A stretch of DNA of 64,000 bases. Origin: Epiperipatus broadwayi. Lineage: Eukaryota; Animalia; Onychophora. Positions within the stretch are counted from its first letter, which is position 1; the number at the start of each line of letters is the position of its first letter. The translations under genes and the position numbers were made by a program. The stretch lies in assembly GCA_028023455.1 (NCBI GenBank), contig JAQFVV010000003.1, forward strand, positions 26,040,001 to 26,104,000, read 5' to 3'. Positions 1-13,575 of this stretch are shown one piece after another. Under the pieces are notes generated by a model. The model ran no database searches, was not told the DNA's origin, and saw nothing but the letters and a program-made list of their open reading frames with translations.

Positions 1-1130
1 AATGCTACCTCCAAAATATCAGACCGGTCTTCCAGGAAAGTCTCCGTGAGAATTGCCAACGGGAACAGGGACTCTTCTACCGTAAGCAATAGAACTGAAC
101 AATTGTTAAAATCATAATATTAATTAAGAACTGTAAAGATTGATAAGTTAATTTAAATTTTATAAAAAGAACTTTTCTCTGACTTATGTGTCAACTCAAT
201 TGATAATGTTTAATTTTATATGTTTTCCGATTGATAAAAATCATTTCTATTTTTTTTTCTTTCTTATTGTATAAATTGTTTATTGTTTAAATTTTAAATG
301 ATGAAATTTAGGTTGGGTATAGACGTTGCATAGATTCGTTAGCGGTTGATAATGTTGTGGTTTTCACATTCGATTAGAATATATGTCAACGATATCACTG
401 CAAGCATCTTATGATGAATGCTAATGGGATTTGTATATTCCCTATGCAAGTGACGTTTATCGATGACTTTGTATTTTGATCGGTTGTGTTTAATTTGAAA
501 TGTTTTTGACCGTGGAATCTGTGCAGCTGATCTGTACTCAACATTTTAAAACAAATTTTATAAAATGCATTTGTGCGAACGTATTTAAATGTTAAATTTA
601 AGTCGGGCGTGAATGGCTATGTAGTTTTGTAAAGTTATATTAAGGGAGGGTAATCTTAGGTTATTCATTTCGTAGTTGAATTGGTTCAATGGATTGGATA
701 TATTTGTGTAATTAGTAGATGTAGTATGAGGTCCGCTACGGGCAGGATTATAGATATACGCCACACACCCTCTGTTTGCCTATGGATGGGTTTGTAAGTC
801 GGCAGAAGACCGCAGTCCATTCCTATGTAGTTTTTTTGTTTATTGTTCTACTTGCCAACAGAAGTCACATTCCTGTTGGTGGAGAGTCAATGTCTTCTCT
901 ATTTCTACTTATTGTTCAGATGTACGTTTCCTGACAGTATAGTATTTTGTGTTGTCGTATCATGCTACATTGAATACATGAATGTATCAGATGGATTGGC
1001 GCCAGTTTGGTTGCGAAATTTGTTGCCTAAGGTTAAATCAGGGAAGAATATTTTCTTTTCAAATGCAGATCTATGTAGTCTATTCATACTTGACTATCTA
1101 AATAAAATATTAAACTCATTGAAACTTAGT
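1..1130 (-). mobile_element. Decayed 5' half of a non-LTR retrotransposon (ORF1 zinc knuckle and start of AP endonuclease), running off the window edge
   Basis: Minus-strand frames show IRCLQ*YR*HIF*SN (eroded CCHC knuckle, about 380-420) and MILTIVQFYC...PLAILTETFL (endonuclease-like start, about 30-115). GC is higher than in the flanks. Many stops are present. Confidence 0.4.
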
Positions 1131-2955
1131 TAAATGTAAAATTAAAAGTTAATATAAAAATCTAAAATGTTAAACTTATTCCTCAAAATTTAAATGTTAT
1201 TTTATACGTGCGTAAATAAATATTTTTATGTGTTAATTTCTGGCAGTGGCTTTTATTCTTTTATATTTAAGATATAAAATTTATAGATTTTTATCTCTGC
1301 GTCTCCGCTGAGCTAGTGACTTGGGCTAACGATCGGAATATTTAAATAAAGTGGAATCTTAATAGCGCATATCTGCCTACTTTATAAATTTTTCTAGGTT
1401 TAAATGCCTAGATGGCGCCCTGGTAGTTGCAGATATTGTTTTTGCTGTTAGATTCGATCTTCACTTTCATTTCGATCGTTATAATATATATACAGAAAAT
1501 TTAAACAAGATGTTAATAATATACATTAATACAAATATGGTCCAATAAATATGAAAACAATAAAGTAATTAAAAATTATGTATAAAAAAAATAACAAGTC
1601 ATTCTTAAATGTCTCTAAGTGATAAAAATTAAAATGGGTAAATTTTATACTTGTGATCGTGTAAAAGCCAACTCATTCCGAATATATATATAAACAGCAA
1701 TTAGTTCTGTAACAATGCAAAATTAAACTGCTTAAAATAATATTACTTTAAAAACACAATTAGCAATAACAAAGATGTTCCATATTTAAAATTATTATTA
1801 CTAGTTTATTTTACAAAATGATTTTCCATAATCATTATTAAAAATGTATCAAAAATATATACAACAAAAATCACTGCAAAATTTCTCTATACCTCATTTT
1901 TATCTTCTTTTGAATGAAAATCATTAAACTACATTAAAAGCAAATATTAATGCAGAACTAATTAATAATAATTAATAGTATTATACTACAGAAAAAAAAA
2001 AAATGCAAGCCATAATTTCAATTTATATAAATCTTTAATGATATCATTCTTTAATTATTCTGATTGAATTTCTAAATTGGAAACATTTTCTTACTAAGAA
2101 TCAAGAGGGATAAATCTTGACTGAGTCAAGGTTATCCAAGAAAAAAAACCTGATCCAAAATTAATTCAGCAATTATAATAGTAAAACTAGATATAAAAAA
2201 GGAATTAATATTGTAATATCCAGTACATATTCTACAGCAATGTAGAATACACAGAGAAACTGCCTCCTTATCAAACCAGAAACATCATATAATTAGTAAA
2301 AAAAAAAAATCATTACAAATAATTACTAATTCTAACTGAAATATTCTGATTTATACTTAGCTATGAGAAAATACCTACAATTTTTGGTTATAAAATATTT
2401 TGTTATCTTAGAAATAATACGCATAGCAGATGGATGAATTAACTACTATATCATGAGATCTAAATTTATTTGGGATATTACTATAACAGAACTATTTTAT
2501 ACTACTAATAATTTTAAACTAGTCAATTAAGTTGTTTATATGCTTAGAAAATGAAAATTACATATATTATGTACAATAAGTCATATTTCTGTACTTATTC
2601 TCCTATAATTTTATATAATTATTGTACGCAAATTGATATAAAACTGAAAAAGATCATAACTAATAATTTAGATAACTCTCATATGATTACTATGGATAAC
2701 TGTTTATTAATGAAGTACATTAAAAACTGATATTAAAAATATTTTCAGACTAAAGGTTACAAAATTTTCATAATGATTATAAATATTCAAATTTTCTTCA
2801 ATTGTGATTTGATCAAATGTCAATTTGATGATTTAAATATAATTGGTTTTTATTCATTACTAATTATTGTAAAACTTCATATTTTGCATTGATATTTTTA
2901 TATCTTAATGCTTTAGCTATTTTGTTTTTCTTAATAATGCAAAAACTTTCTAGCT

Positions 2956-3140
2956 CTTCATCAGTTTTTTCTAATGCAAGAATTTTATAATGAAATTGAT
3001 AAATCTGATTATTCATTTTCTTTTAATAAAAGACATAATCTTGAATACTTCATCAGTTTCTTCTAATACAAGAATTTTATAATGAAAATGACAAATCTGA
3101 TTATTCATTTTCTTTTAATAAAAGATATAATCTTGAATAC
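2956..3140. repeat. Tandem duplication, 92-bp unit x2
   Basis: cttcatcagttt..ctaat.caagaattttataatgaaa...ataatcttgaatac begins at 2956 and again at 3048. Confidence 0.85.
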
Positions 3141-3689
3141 TTTTATTAGCATTTTTATTCATTTTCTTTCCACAATTACTAATTTCTTTAGCAACATTTT
3201 CCAATTTTCAGGTGACTATTGAGAGAAAATTTGAATCAAACTTCACAAAAAACATATAAGAAATGAAAGACCCATTAATGTAGTTAATTTGAGGTGTCAG
3301 AATAAATTGTGAAAGGGGAGTAATAAACAAAGACAATCTACTAATGCCATTGTTTTCATTTAGTAATAGTTACTTATCGTTCAATAGCAAATAAAATCAG
3401 AACCCATAGCTTGCAAAGAGTTTAAAAAAAAAAAAATCATAAAAATTTACAAAATTTTGAAAGCGTACAATGTAATAGCATTGACTTTAGAAAAGAATTT
3501 CACACTTGCACAATTAAAAAAAAAAGGGGGGCAGTGTTCTGATCTATTGTGTCAGCCGTTTGATGGCGTTGATGCTAACCAAAAACACATTGATATAACG
3601 TTCCCAGGCCAGCGGTTTCCATAAAATTAAAAAATTCCAACATAATTTTAAAATGTAAGCCAACTTTGGACTTTTTGGGATAGTAAATT

Positions 3690-4030
3690 AATCAGAGACT
3701 GCCTTTGTGTGTGTGTGTATAATAACAAATACATTACTTTTTTAATAACAAATAATAGTCAATATGTCCGAACAGTATTTAATCAGAGACGGGCTTCTTT
3801 GGGGGTTTTTTTTTTGTGTATCAGAAAAGTTACGGTACTTTTTTAATAAAAAAAAAAATTTAACTTTTAATTAGGCAGAGTGGCACTTTTTTTTGGGTGT
3901 GTGTATATAAAAAATTACGTTACTTTTATAATAACAAATAATAATAAATATAGCGGAGAATTATTTTGACAGTAAAAAATCAGAGACGGGCTTCTTTGTT
4001 TTTTTTTTTTTGGATTGGAAAAATTACGTT
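3690..4030. repeat. Three internal modules starting aatcagagac, probably the interior of a non-autonomous DNA element
   Basis: aatcagagac at 3690, 3781 and 3978, each followed by similar G/T-rich and ttac(g)ttactt motifs. No convincing TSD found. Confidence 0.5.
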
Positions 4031-4207
4031 ACTTACTGAAATTAAATTTTACACTTTTTTGGGCAATAATTATTCAGACACTGCATTGGGGGGGAGAAAA
4101 TTAGATTGCAAACAACCCACTAAAGTTAATAATTATAACAAACTATTAAAATGAAATCCGACTCGGGTAATTGCCGATTTTCAGAGTTGGAAGCAGCCAT
4201 TTTCCTT

Positions 4208-4271
4208 GTTATTAAAAAGGCAAAACTCTCCATACAGTAGAGATGGTGATCATGTGATGTTTAGTGGCTTA
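4208..4271. repeat. Short fold-back fragment of the 32-33 kb hammerhead repeat family
   Basis: gttattaaaaaggcaaaactct matches 32441-32462. It is followed by atggtgatcatgtgatgttta.tggctta, matching 33371-33399, which is the opposite orientation of the monomer. Confidence 0.7.
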
Positions 4272-7074
4272 CCATCTTCCTTGTCTCGGACGATTTATCG
4301 CACTGTTACTTTCATCGTGATTTTCGAAATAGTGCTGTGCTGCACCCTAAAATACAATTTGTGATAATTGCACAGTCCTTCCTGATGGAACATTGACGTA
4401 GCAGTAGGTCAGTTCACATGAAAAAAAAAAGTTGGACCTGAAAAGTTAAATTATTTAGATACAATGCAGTCAACACACCTTCATACAATGCTGTAAAGAA
4501 AATATACAATCCAGCATTATGATAACGTGCGAAACACAAAGCAACTACGGCAACCAATGAAGGCATTTTTCTGTGCTTTTAGCATAGAAAAAAGCCACAG
4601 CGGTAGCCGGCAGACGAGTAAACTGACTCTTTCTGTGTTTTATTGTAGAAAGAAGGCTATCTGCTTGGCTGTGGCTGCGGAAACGGCATATTTCTAGCAA
4701 TTTAGCTAGAAATAGTGGCTGACATGATAGAACACAACACAACCAAAAAATGTAATTAAAATTATGAAATATATAATAATTACTATATAAAAGTATTAAG
4801 TATACAAACGTGTATATATACTCACATGTCCAAAGAAATGGGAACTGCACTATTACTATTAGACTGAGAATCAGAAGTTAATATTTTTGTGCTATCAACT
4901 TGAGTACTAGTTAACTCATAATGACCAATTTGCTAAAATATATATACAAATTGCTGAAATAAATATAAATATTAAAAAATAATATGCATACACATTAATT
5001 AAAAATGTTTCAAAATAACTGAAAACAGATTTAAAAAATTGTAGATATGAATATGTGTATTTAGTTTCATGCATAGCATTAGACAATTTGGCTCTTTTTT
5101 TAATAAAAATCATTTAAAATGCAAGCTTTTCTTCTTTACATTCAACCCCTCCCCCTCAACATACAAATTTCCTCTGGTTATACTGAAGAGGGGGGGGGGC
5201 AAGGTGTGTAAATTAATTGATCAAATTGAGATTGAACTTCATTTAAAATGCAAACAATTGTTTTGAAGCTGCCATATTTTGATTATATTGAGTATTTTAC
5301 CGATGATAAAAGGAACAAATTCAGAAGCTAAAGATTATTGGATTAATTCCTAGCTAAGAAATTGTAAAATATAATTTATAGTTTAGCCAACTGAATGAAA
5401 TTATGAATTCAACCTATTGTTGGTACTTAAACATCATACCTCTAGAACAACTAACCACATGATATATATATATTATTTTATTGTATAAGTTTAAGACAAA
5501 GGCAAAAAAAATATCACAACAAAATCATTATTATGTCATCAAAAAGCTTGATGACTTTATAAAATGTAATCCTCAAAAGAGATATTTTTAATTAAAATCA
5601 CACTACATATAAATAAACTGCACGTAATATGTAAATAATAAACACATATATGATCAATATGTAAATCAGATGATATATATAGAGAACATAAAATATAAAT
5701 TGTTGAGCTCGCTTTGGGTGCAGATTCATGACATTCACCTCTTGGAAATAAAACCATTAATTAATTAACAAAATTCCAGTGCATTTCATATGCACAAAAA
5801 ATTTTCAGTTCAGCATTTTTTCACAATTAGCCATCTTTATTAATTTTCTTTTTCCTATTATATGATTCATAACATACAATGCTAATTTTCTGAGGGAAAC
5901 AATTGTGTCTGGATTCTTTCTCATGACAAAATAATATATAACATTTTTACTCATATAAATGCATTAAAAAGTAAAAAATGCTTTATAAAACAAAATGCAA
6001 ATCTTCAGTCTTTCTAAATTCACAATCTTTGGGAATTTGATTTGTAAATTTCTAAACATGACTGCCCCGTGCAATTTTATTTGTAAAAAGTAAAGAAAAT
6101 TTCCCTTTACTTTTTAGCACATTTACATAACTAAAAGAGTCTCATTATTATTATCATCATTATTTTTATATCCTACTTTTAGTTTAAATAGTTCCAAAAA
6201 TTTCAAATGAAAAAAGTTTACATACAATTAATCCTAGCTGGTAATACAGTAAAATACTGCACTTTATATAAAATGAAAAATTTACTAATTTTTTGCTAAA
6301 ATTGTATGCAAATACTAAAAAAATATATATCCATTAGGAATTCATAAGCATGCCAAGTTTCAAAAAGAAATAAGGAAATAGATGAAAACTGAGTTTCAAG
6401 AAACTATCATGGTAGATTAAAACCAAATTAAGTTAAATAATTGTAGAATAGATAATTATATCTAATTACAAATTAATGTACCAATTTTTGCCTAATCATA
6501 ATAAATAGTTGAACAAATAGGTTCCATACATTCATTAGAGTACAAAATTTGATGTTTATCAGGCTGTTTTATTCTATCCTTAGTCATTATTTAAAGAGAC
6601 TTAAATCTAATATAAACAATTTTTTCTTTTCATTTTTTAAATATAATTTAAATACGCAAAGTAATAAAATATATTTCTTATTACTTTTAAATCACATTGT
6701 CATAATTCCATTACAAAACAATTTTAAATGTCTGTATAAAAACTAATCCAATTTTTGATAATGGCAGAGTGAAGATTGTATTACACAGCTATTTTTGGAG
6801 AGAAATTATGAGATTATATATATGTGGATGATGTTTGTATATGGCCTTACAAAATATAGAGAATTGAAATTTATAGCAGATGACTGACTACAAAAATATT
6901 TATATTAAGATGTATATGCACAGATATTGTAATCAATTTGATTATAAAATAATTGTAAAATCCTGAATGTTAGATAATTTATATATCCTTCATCATGCAT
7001 TCCTTTAAATTGTATACTTTCAGGATTTAAATGATTGTATATCAGTGATTTCTTAAAGAATTGTGATGACGATA

Positions 7075-8660
7075 TTTTAGATGTGATAATATGTTGGACT
7101 ATTTCCAACATCTATCAGTTAATGTTGAATGTCTAGAAATTTTTACTACAAACTATTAATAACACACAAAGACAACACAGGTTAGTAGATTACACAATGT
7201 TTCAAGTGGTATTATTCTCCATTCTTCTTCAGGTGTTGCGGGCCTAATCAGTGATGATGCTAGCGTAAGAGTTGAACTTACTTTTAGATTCCTGAATATC
7301 AAATTTTAAGGCAACACTCTAATCTACTGAGCTATTCTGTCAAAGGTGAGTCAGTAGATATTTCACATACTTATCTATGAGGATATTTTCAAATTCTCCA
7401 GATTACTCGGACTTTTCTTCTTTTTTAATACTTTTCCCCCAAATAACAAAGTTAATTAGAGGCTTTCAGTCATTATGTATTACAACATCAAGTTGATTTA
7501 TAGAATAATTTGCCATTGTCATATGAGCATCTCTTTTTCTTTGCATATTTTCCATTCTATCCAGAATTTTTGAATTTTCTCAGTTGAACTTGTTCATTAG
7601 TACACACATGGTCTGCTACTGTAGACACATCTGTTTTTTCTTGACTAACTATTAGTTTGTGTTCTTTCGATCACTTTTCAATAGGACAATTGATCTCACT
7701 AATATATTTCCTTCCACATTCATATGGTATGTCATATATGTAGTTTTTGTTTTTTAGCAATACAACTTTAGGCTTTGGAAAGCTGTTCTAATGTTAATAC
7801 TGATTGCAGATTTTCTTTATCTGCTATTCCTGATATGTATAAATACACTACATTACCAATAATTTATTTCCTTCTTGGCATCTGATTTTGTTGTTTATTA
7901 AAGATTTTCTTGATGACAACTGACAGAATCAATAGTTCTATATAATCTTTTCTTTTTCCAATCACTTTCCAAACAAGCTTCTTTGCTTTGTTCCATATTA
8001 ATAATATAACATGTGTTTTGTGTTTCTGGTGCAAGTGAATATGCTTTTCTTGCATGTGTGGGGTTTCTGTAAAGTTTTGATTTTGCCATGGATTTTGTCA
8101 CAAGACCATCTAAGAATGCCAATTTCTGTCCTTGTTTTGATTCCACTGTGAATGTAATTGAAGGGGATATCTTGATGTGTTTCCAGAAAGTTTGTAGTAG
8201 TGCTCCATCATGTGGCAATATAACAAATGTAACAACATAGTAAAGCCAAACTTTAGGTGGATATGGAGTAGTCTTTATGGCTGTGGTTTCAAGTTCTTAC
8301 ATGTAAATATGGCTAATAGAGGTGACAATAATGAGCCCATAGCCATTATTTGATTTTGTTGAAAGAATTCTGAGTTATATTAAAAGTTATTGTTAGGCAG
8401 AATGTTATTAGCTCCATTATAGTATCAATAGGTATATTATCATATAATCTTTTCCTTACAATACACAATGCTTCATCACATGATTCATTTGTAAATAAAC
8501 TTTCAAAACTTATCAATATAATAACTCTTTTCATTTCCATACTTTTGATTAATTCAACAAAATGCTTTGAATCCCTGATGAAGAACCATATCCCATATGC
8601 CAAACACCTAAGAATCTCAAGAGGAAATTTTGATAAGTTATGACATTGTGAGTTTCTAGA
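7075..8660 (-). mobile_element. Penelope-like element remnant (RT plus GIY-YIG endonuclease plus 3' region)
   Basis: Minus frames give FIRDSKHFVELIK, SLFTN...EALCIVRKRL, MAMGSLLSPLLA, ITFTVE...LAFLD, KLYRNPTH (PLE-type RT) and IYDIPYECGRKYISE (GIY-YIG). Many frameshifts and stops. Confidence 0.85.
7192..7236 (-). ncRNA. Degenerate minimal hammerhead ribozyme motif in the PLE 3' region
   Basis: Minus strand ACAC CTGAAGA AGAATGGAGAATAATACCACTT GAAAC ATT GTGT has both core boxes and a stem I pair (ACAC/GTGT). The stem III and cleavage triplet are damaged. Confidence 0.5.
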
Positions 8661-8975
8661 ATAGGTCTTAATGGAACATTGTATTTATGGCAGGTATTTC
8701 AGTGATTCAGAAAAAAGGAAATTAATATCGAATTTCAGGAAATTTCTCAACTTTATTGACTATACAAGTTAAATTAGAACAAAATTAATAAATAGATTGT
8801 TGAATTTAAAAAAAGAAATAAATTCCGATAAATTTCATCAAGAAGCTTATTTCCATTTTTTTTTTTTACTTATAACATGGGAAGCAACAAGACACTCTTA
8901 AACAATGTTGTACTTTGATTCAATTCAGCTTGTTTCTTTTTGTAAGCTGTTTTTTTTTTTTGATAAATTGTCATA

Positions 8976-9108
8976 ATGATAAAAATTTGGGATCTTCCTG
9001 TCACAGAACTTGATGCAGTGGACTATTTACGAAGACACGGGATCCTGCCCTCCTAAGAAGTGTGCATTAATGGTCATGATATAATTGCATACCACCAACA
9101 TAAATAAG
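8976..9108 (+). mobile_element. Merlin/IS1595-like transposase N-terminal fragment
   Basis: Translates MIKIWDLPVTELDAVDYLRRHGILPS*EVCINGHD. This resembles my recollection of Merlin transposase starts (LP...A..FL...GILP...C.NGH). It contains an in-frame stop and no DDE core is seen. Confidence 0.45.
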
Positions 9109-9329
9109 GATTGTATTGATATAAATTTTTAATTCTTCTGTTAATGAATTAATTTTTAAAAAAGAACTGCAAATATTCTAATTAATTTTTTCACAATGAT
9201 TTCTTTTTTAAAATTAATAGTAATAAAAAATAAAATGTAATTATTAAATATAAAGTTTCCTAGCAGGCATTTTTGGGGAGCTGCCGAAACTGTAGATTTA
9301 TCAAAAACATGGGCTGCCATCTTGATTTA

Positions 9330-10112
9330 TTGTACCAAAACTTTAATAGACAACAAAAACAGACACAAAAAGGCAACTATTATAGTGTATTCATACATAT
9401 CAGGAATAGAAGACAAATTAAAAAAAAACTGTAATCAATATAACATTAAAATGACTTTCCATAGCTATACCATACTTAGAGGAATTCTAATATTTACAAA
9501 GCCTAAACTTGAACTGCCGAAAAACAAAAAACTGATATAAAATACTATGTGAATGTGGAAGAAACTATATTGGTGAAACCAGCCATCCTGTTGAAAAGCG
9601 ATTGAAAGAACATCCTAATGATTAGAAAACAAAAACCAGATGTGTCATCAGTAGCAGACCATGTGTGTACTAATGAATATATTCAATAGGGAAAATACAA
9701 AAATATTGGATATTTGAGGAAAAAGATCCAAAGAAAAAAATTCAAAGATGCTGCTCGTATGACAATGTCAAATAATCCCATAAGTCAACATATCTGGAAG
9801 CCTCTAAAAAGTTTTTAAAAAATAAAAGTGGAACAATCAGGATTTGAACAGACTCTCATAAATAAGTATATGAAATTTCTAATGATTGTTGCTTTTGACA
9901 GAATAGCTCGGTTTATTAGTGTTGCCTTAAAATTCATAATTCAAGAACCCCTAAAGAGAAGTGAAGTATAATACCATTCGAAATAATCTACTAATCTGTG
10001 TTGACTTCGTGTGTTATTAATAACATTTGTTTGTATTTGGAAAAGTTTAAATAAAATTTTCTAGAAATTCAATATTTAACAATAAATGATGGAAATAGTC
10101 CAACATATCACA
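9330..10112 (+). mobile_element. Penelope-like element 3' fragment (GIY-YIG), same family as 7075-8660 in opposite orientation
   Basis: Translates LIYKILCECGRNYIGETSHPVEKRLKEH. The nucleotide sequence 9380-10112 aligns by eye with the reverse complement of 7080-7860, e.g. ttttgacagaatagctc and ggaaatagtccaacatat. Confidence 0.85.
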
Positions 10113-10115
10113 TTG

Positions 10116-10209
10116 TGTATCATATTTTAGATTTGTGCAAATTTAAGACAAATAGTAAACAGTGTATCATATTTTAGATTTGTGCAAATTTAAGACAAAT
10201 AGTAAACAG
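10116..10209. repeat. Perfect tandem duplication, about 47-bp unit x2, at the end of the PLE fragment
   Basis: gtgtatcatattttagatttgtgcaaatttaagacaaatagtaaaca occurs twice in tandem. Confidence 0.9.
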
Positions 10210-11019
10210 AATGTTAGAATATAGAGACATTTAAAATTAGTTTTATAAAAAAAAAAAGAATTTTATTATCATACAATCGTAAATTATATTTCAAAATTGT
10301 TTCCAAGGATTTTAATGTAGGTTTTAAATCTCCCTTATAAATAGATTAGAAAATAATAAAAATAGATAGAATAAATCACTGAAGAACGTCAAATTGAGTA
10401 TTCTATTAAATTTGAGCTTTATATTTTAATGAGATGAAAGCTTGTATGACTCATCTAATCAACATAAAAGTTTTAAATATAATCCTCAACATAATTTTGA
10501 TTCGTCATGAGAAAAAATCTGGGAATGATTGCTCAATCAAAAAATTAGTGATGTAATGAATCATTGATTCAATAATCAATTTAACATTTCCTAATAATGT
10601 ACTGAACCAGAAATTTAAGTGTACATGTGAACATGCTCTTTATATCCGACAGTTGAATATATATTACAGAAGTATGGCTGCAGAAAGAATTTGTTGTTAA
10701 CTGAAAAGAGAATGATTTTTCTTTGAGGCTTTAAAGAAAATTCCTAATGACCACTCCTCATTGCAATTATTATTAGCATGTGATTATTTGTATGGTAAAT
10801 GACCATGGTATAAGCCAGCTTGGTGAGAATACTGCCATTTTTCTCTGAATTTAAAAAACCCAGCATGGTCATTCTTTTCAGTTACCTTATATTCTTAACT
10901 GAAATATTAGGTGAGTTTTTTTAAAGACAGGATGAATGACCATTATATACATATAAATATATACTATATATAGATAGGTATTTACAATTATAACAAACAA
11001 AACTAAATTATAGTCCTTA

Positions 11020-13575
11020 TCCTAGGAAGCTGCAATGTCGCAAGTCAAGACATCAATTAGAAGCCCAATCCGAAGATTGCTAGAAATTCCCTGAACGCAG
11101 ACTTAAGACTGCCATTTCATGGTCTTTTATTTAAATGCCGACAATAGCAAATCATTTTCAAATGAAGAAAGAATGCACAAATTGGAAGAATAATTGTCTA
11201 ATATTAAATGGGACATTGTTATTGTAAAGAAAGAGTGGGAAAATGATTTAAGAAGTGGGCATGTTCACTGGAAACACAATTGCAATGAAATTCATTATAA
11301 TTAAAAACGGTAGAACAGTAAGATGATTAATAGTGTATCAGATAAAAGAGTGATAAGATTAGTTACTCAAATTAAGAGAAGAGATACCAAATGAAGATAA
11401 TTCAAGTTTATGCTACAAGTTTTCATTGTGATGATAAAGTAAAGGATTTTTATAAGGATATAAAAAATAATTTTATCAGATGAAAATACATTTTAAAATT
11501 GTTATGAAGTCTTTACTATTAGAATTAATAAATGATTCAAAGATAAAAAGGCAGTGTATTAATTTGGTTGTAGTGATAGAAATGAGAAGACCCAGACGTA
11601 TGGAGTTTGCACTAAAGCTCTATATTGTGAATTTTTTTAAAAATAAATGCTAAACAGAAATGCATATGTAGATATTCAAATGATAATACAGAACAATAGG
11701 ATTATATTTTGAATTATATGTACTATAAAATTGTAATTATAATTCTCTTAATAGATCAAACTCAGTAAGTGATCATTAGTGAAATATTAAGATATGTGAG
11801 AAAAAATTAAGAGAGAAAAAAAATATTGAAAAAGACAGTATTAATACGTTAATATTCCTAATCTTTCAGAAATAATTCAATGAATTTAAATTAGAAGTTA
11901 CCAATCATTATAAATTATTAATGGACTTTGAAGATGGGTTAAACTTAACTAAAATCAATAAAAACATGATTTTATTAAGAACTGCAAGAAGCATAAGTGA
12001 TACAAAAAAAAAGCAATAATTTACTAATAAATTTTCTATTAAGTCAAGACAATATGTGAAGAAAGAAGAAATATGAAAATTTTTTGAAATGAACCATTAA
12101 GAATTAAAAAATTAGAATTTTGTAGAATGGTATAATAAAAAAAAGTTAATGATATAAGAAAATATAATTGTGAATTGTCATGGCAACCATAAAAAAAAAG
12201 AATGAAAGTCTCAGAAATATAAAACAATATCTTGGTATTGGAAGTAAAATTGTTTCGCCAACAAGATGCAACTATTATTTTAAAAAAATATCATTAAATG
12301 TGAGGAAGAGTTTATAGAGAATTATATAGTAATAATAAACTACTAAACAAAGTATTCCACACAATTATAACATCTGAATTGCCAAGTGCAATATTATAAA
12401 GAAAGAGACATAGTTAAATCTATGAAGAAAAACCTCCAGGAAATAATGAAGTTATTGAAATTTGAAAAGAAGCAGGTGAAGAAATAAAAAAAAATTGTTA
12501 GCACAGCTATATACCAAATGTTGAAATGATAAAGATGTACCAGATAACTTTGGATTCTAATCAACTAAATGAACAAACTGGATTTAAAAGTGACATCACA
12601 TCTATCAGAATTTTCAGAATAAAACCAATAAATATGAGATGCAGTTATATTTTGGATTTACTGATTATGAAAAAGGCATTTGATTCTATAAACATTTCTA
12701 TAGTGGTTAAAGTTTTAAATCGCCAAGATATCATATTCTGAAGATATTTATCAAAATGCAAAGCAATGATTAGATTACATAGTGATACAATAATTCTATG
12801 AATGTTTTGTGGGTTAAAATGGTAAGATAAAAAAAACAAAAAACATTTAAGTCATCTAGATTTCACAGATGGTGGTGTTTTTACAAATACTTCAGAAAAT
12901 GATGGAGTAATTATCAATTAAAGTAATAAAGTAGGACTAAAGATAAATGCTAAAAATACTAAATAATAATGGATTTTCTCAGAAGAAAATAAATATTGAT
13001 ACTAATGATTTATACGAAATTAATAACTACATATACCTTACTTAAATTTTTAATACAGTTAAAAACATAATGAATGAAATTAGTCATAGAATTACACTTG
13101 ATGGAATACTTTTAGTAGAAATAACTTATTATTAAAAGGTAAATATGCCTACCTATTTGAAAAGGTTTTTAACAGATATGTTTTACCAAGTCTTATCTTA
13201 TAGACCTCAAATTTTGATACTTAACAAAAAAGGCAATAGAGACTTCAGATCACTCAACAAACATGGAGATGTTAGAAATATAAAGAGATCAAAATCGAAA
13301 TACATGGGTAAGAGAACAACAGATATCACTGAAAGAATTGAAAGACAGAAATTGGAACTGGGCTAATCATATTGCTAGAAAAGATGATATAATAGATAAT
13401 AGAAGTTTTATATTGGATCCAAAAAAATGTAACAGACCTAGAAAAAGACCAAGTGAGATGGATAGATGAAATAATAGTTTTCTGGTAGATGTGGAGAGGC
13501 TATGGATAAACATTTCTCCTTTCCACTTTAAATACATATCCAGAGACATGCTATCCAATAGAGAAAAAAAAAAAA
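11020..13575 (+). mobile_element. Degenerate RTE-clade LINE
   Basis: Endonuclease-like LSNIKWDIV (about 11200), RT motifs (D)YEKAFDSIN (about 12665) and HLDFTD (about 12850), RTE-type C-terminal GRPRKRP (about 13430), and a terminal poly(A) at about 13563-13575. Heavily frameshifted. Confidence 0.8.

Noticed and set aside
2935-2970. Minus-strand CTGATGAAGAGCTAGAAAG resembling a hammerhead core
   Set aside because: Stem II is too short, stem I is only A/T runs, and there is no proper stem III.
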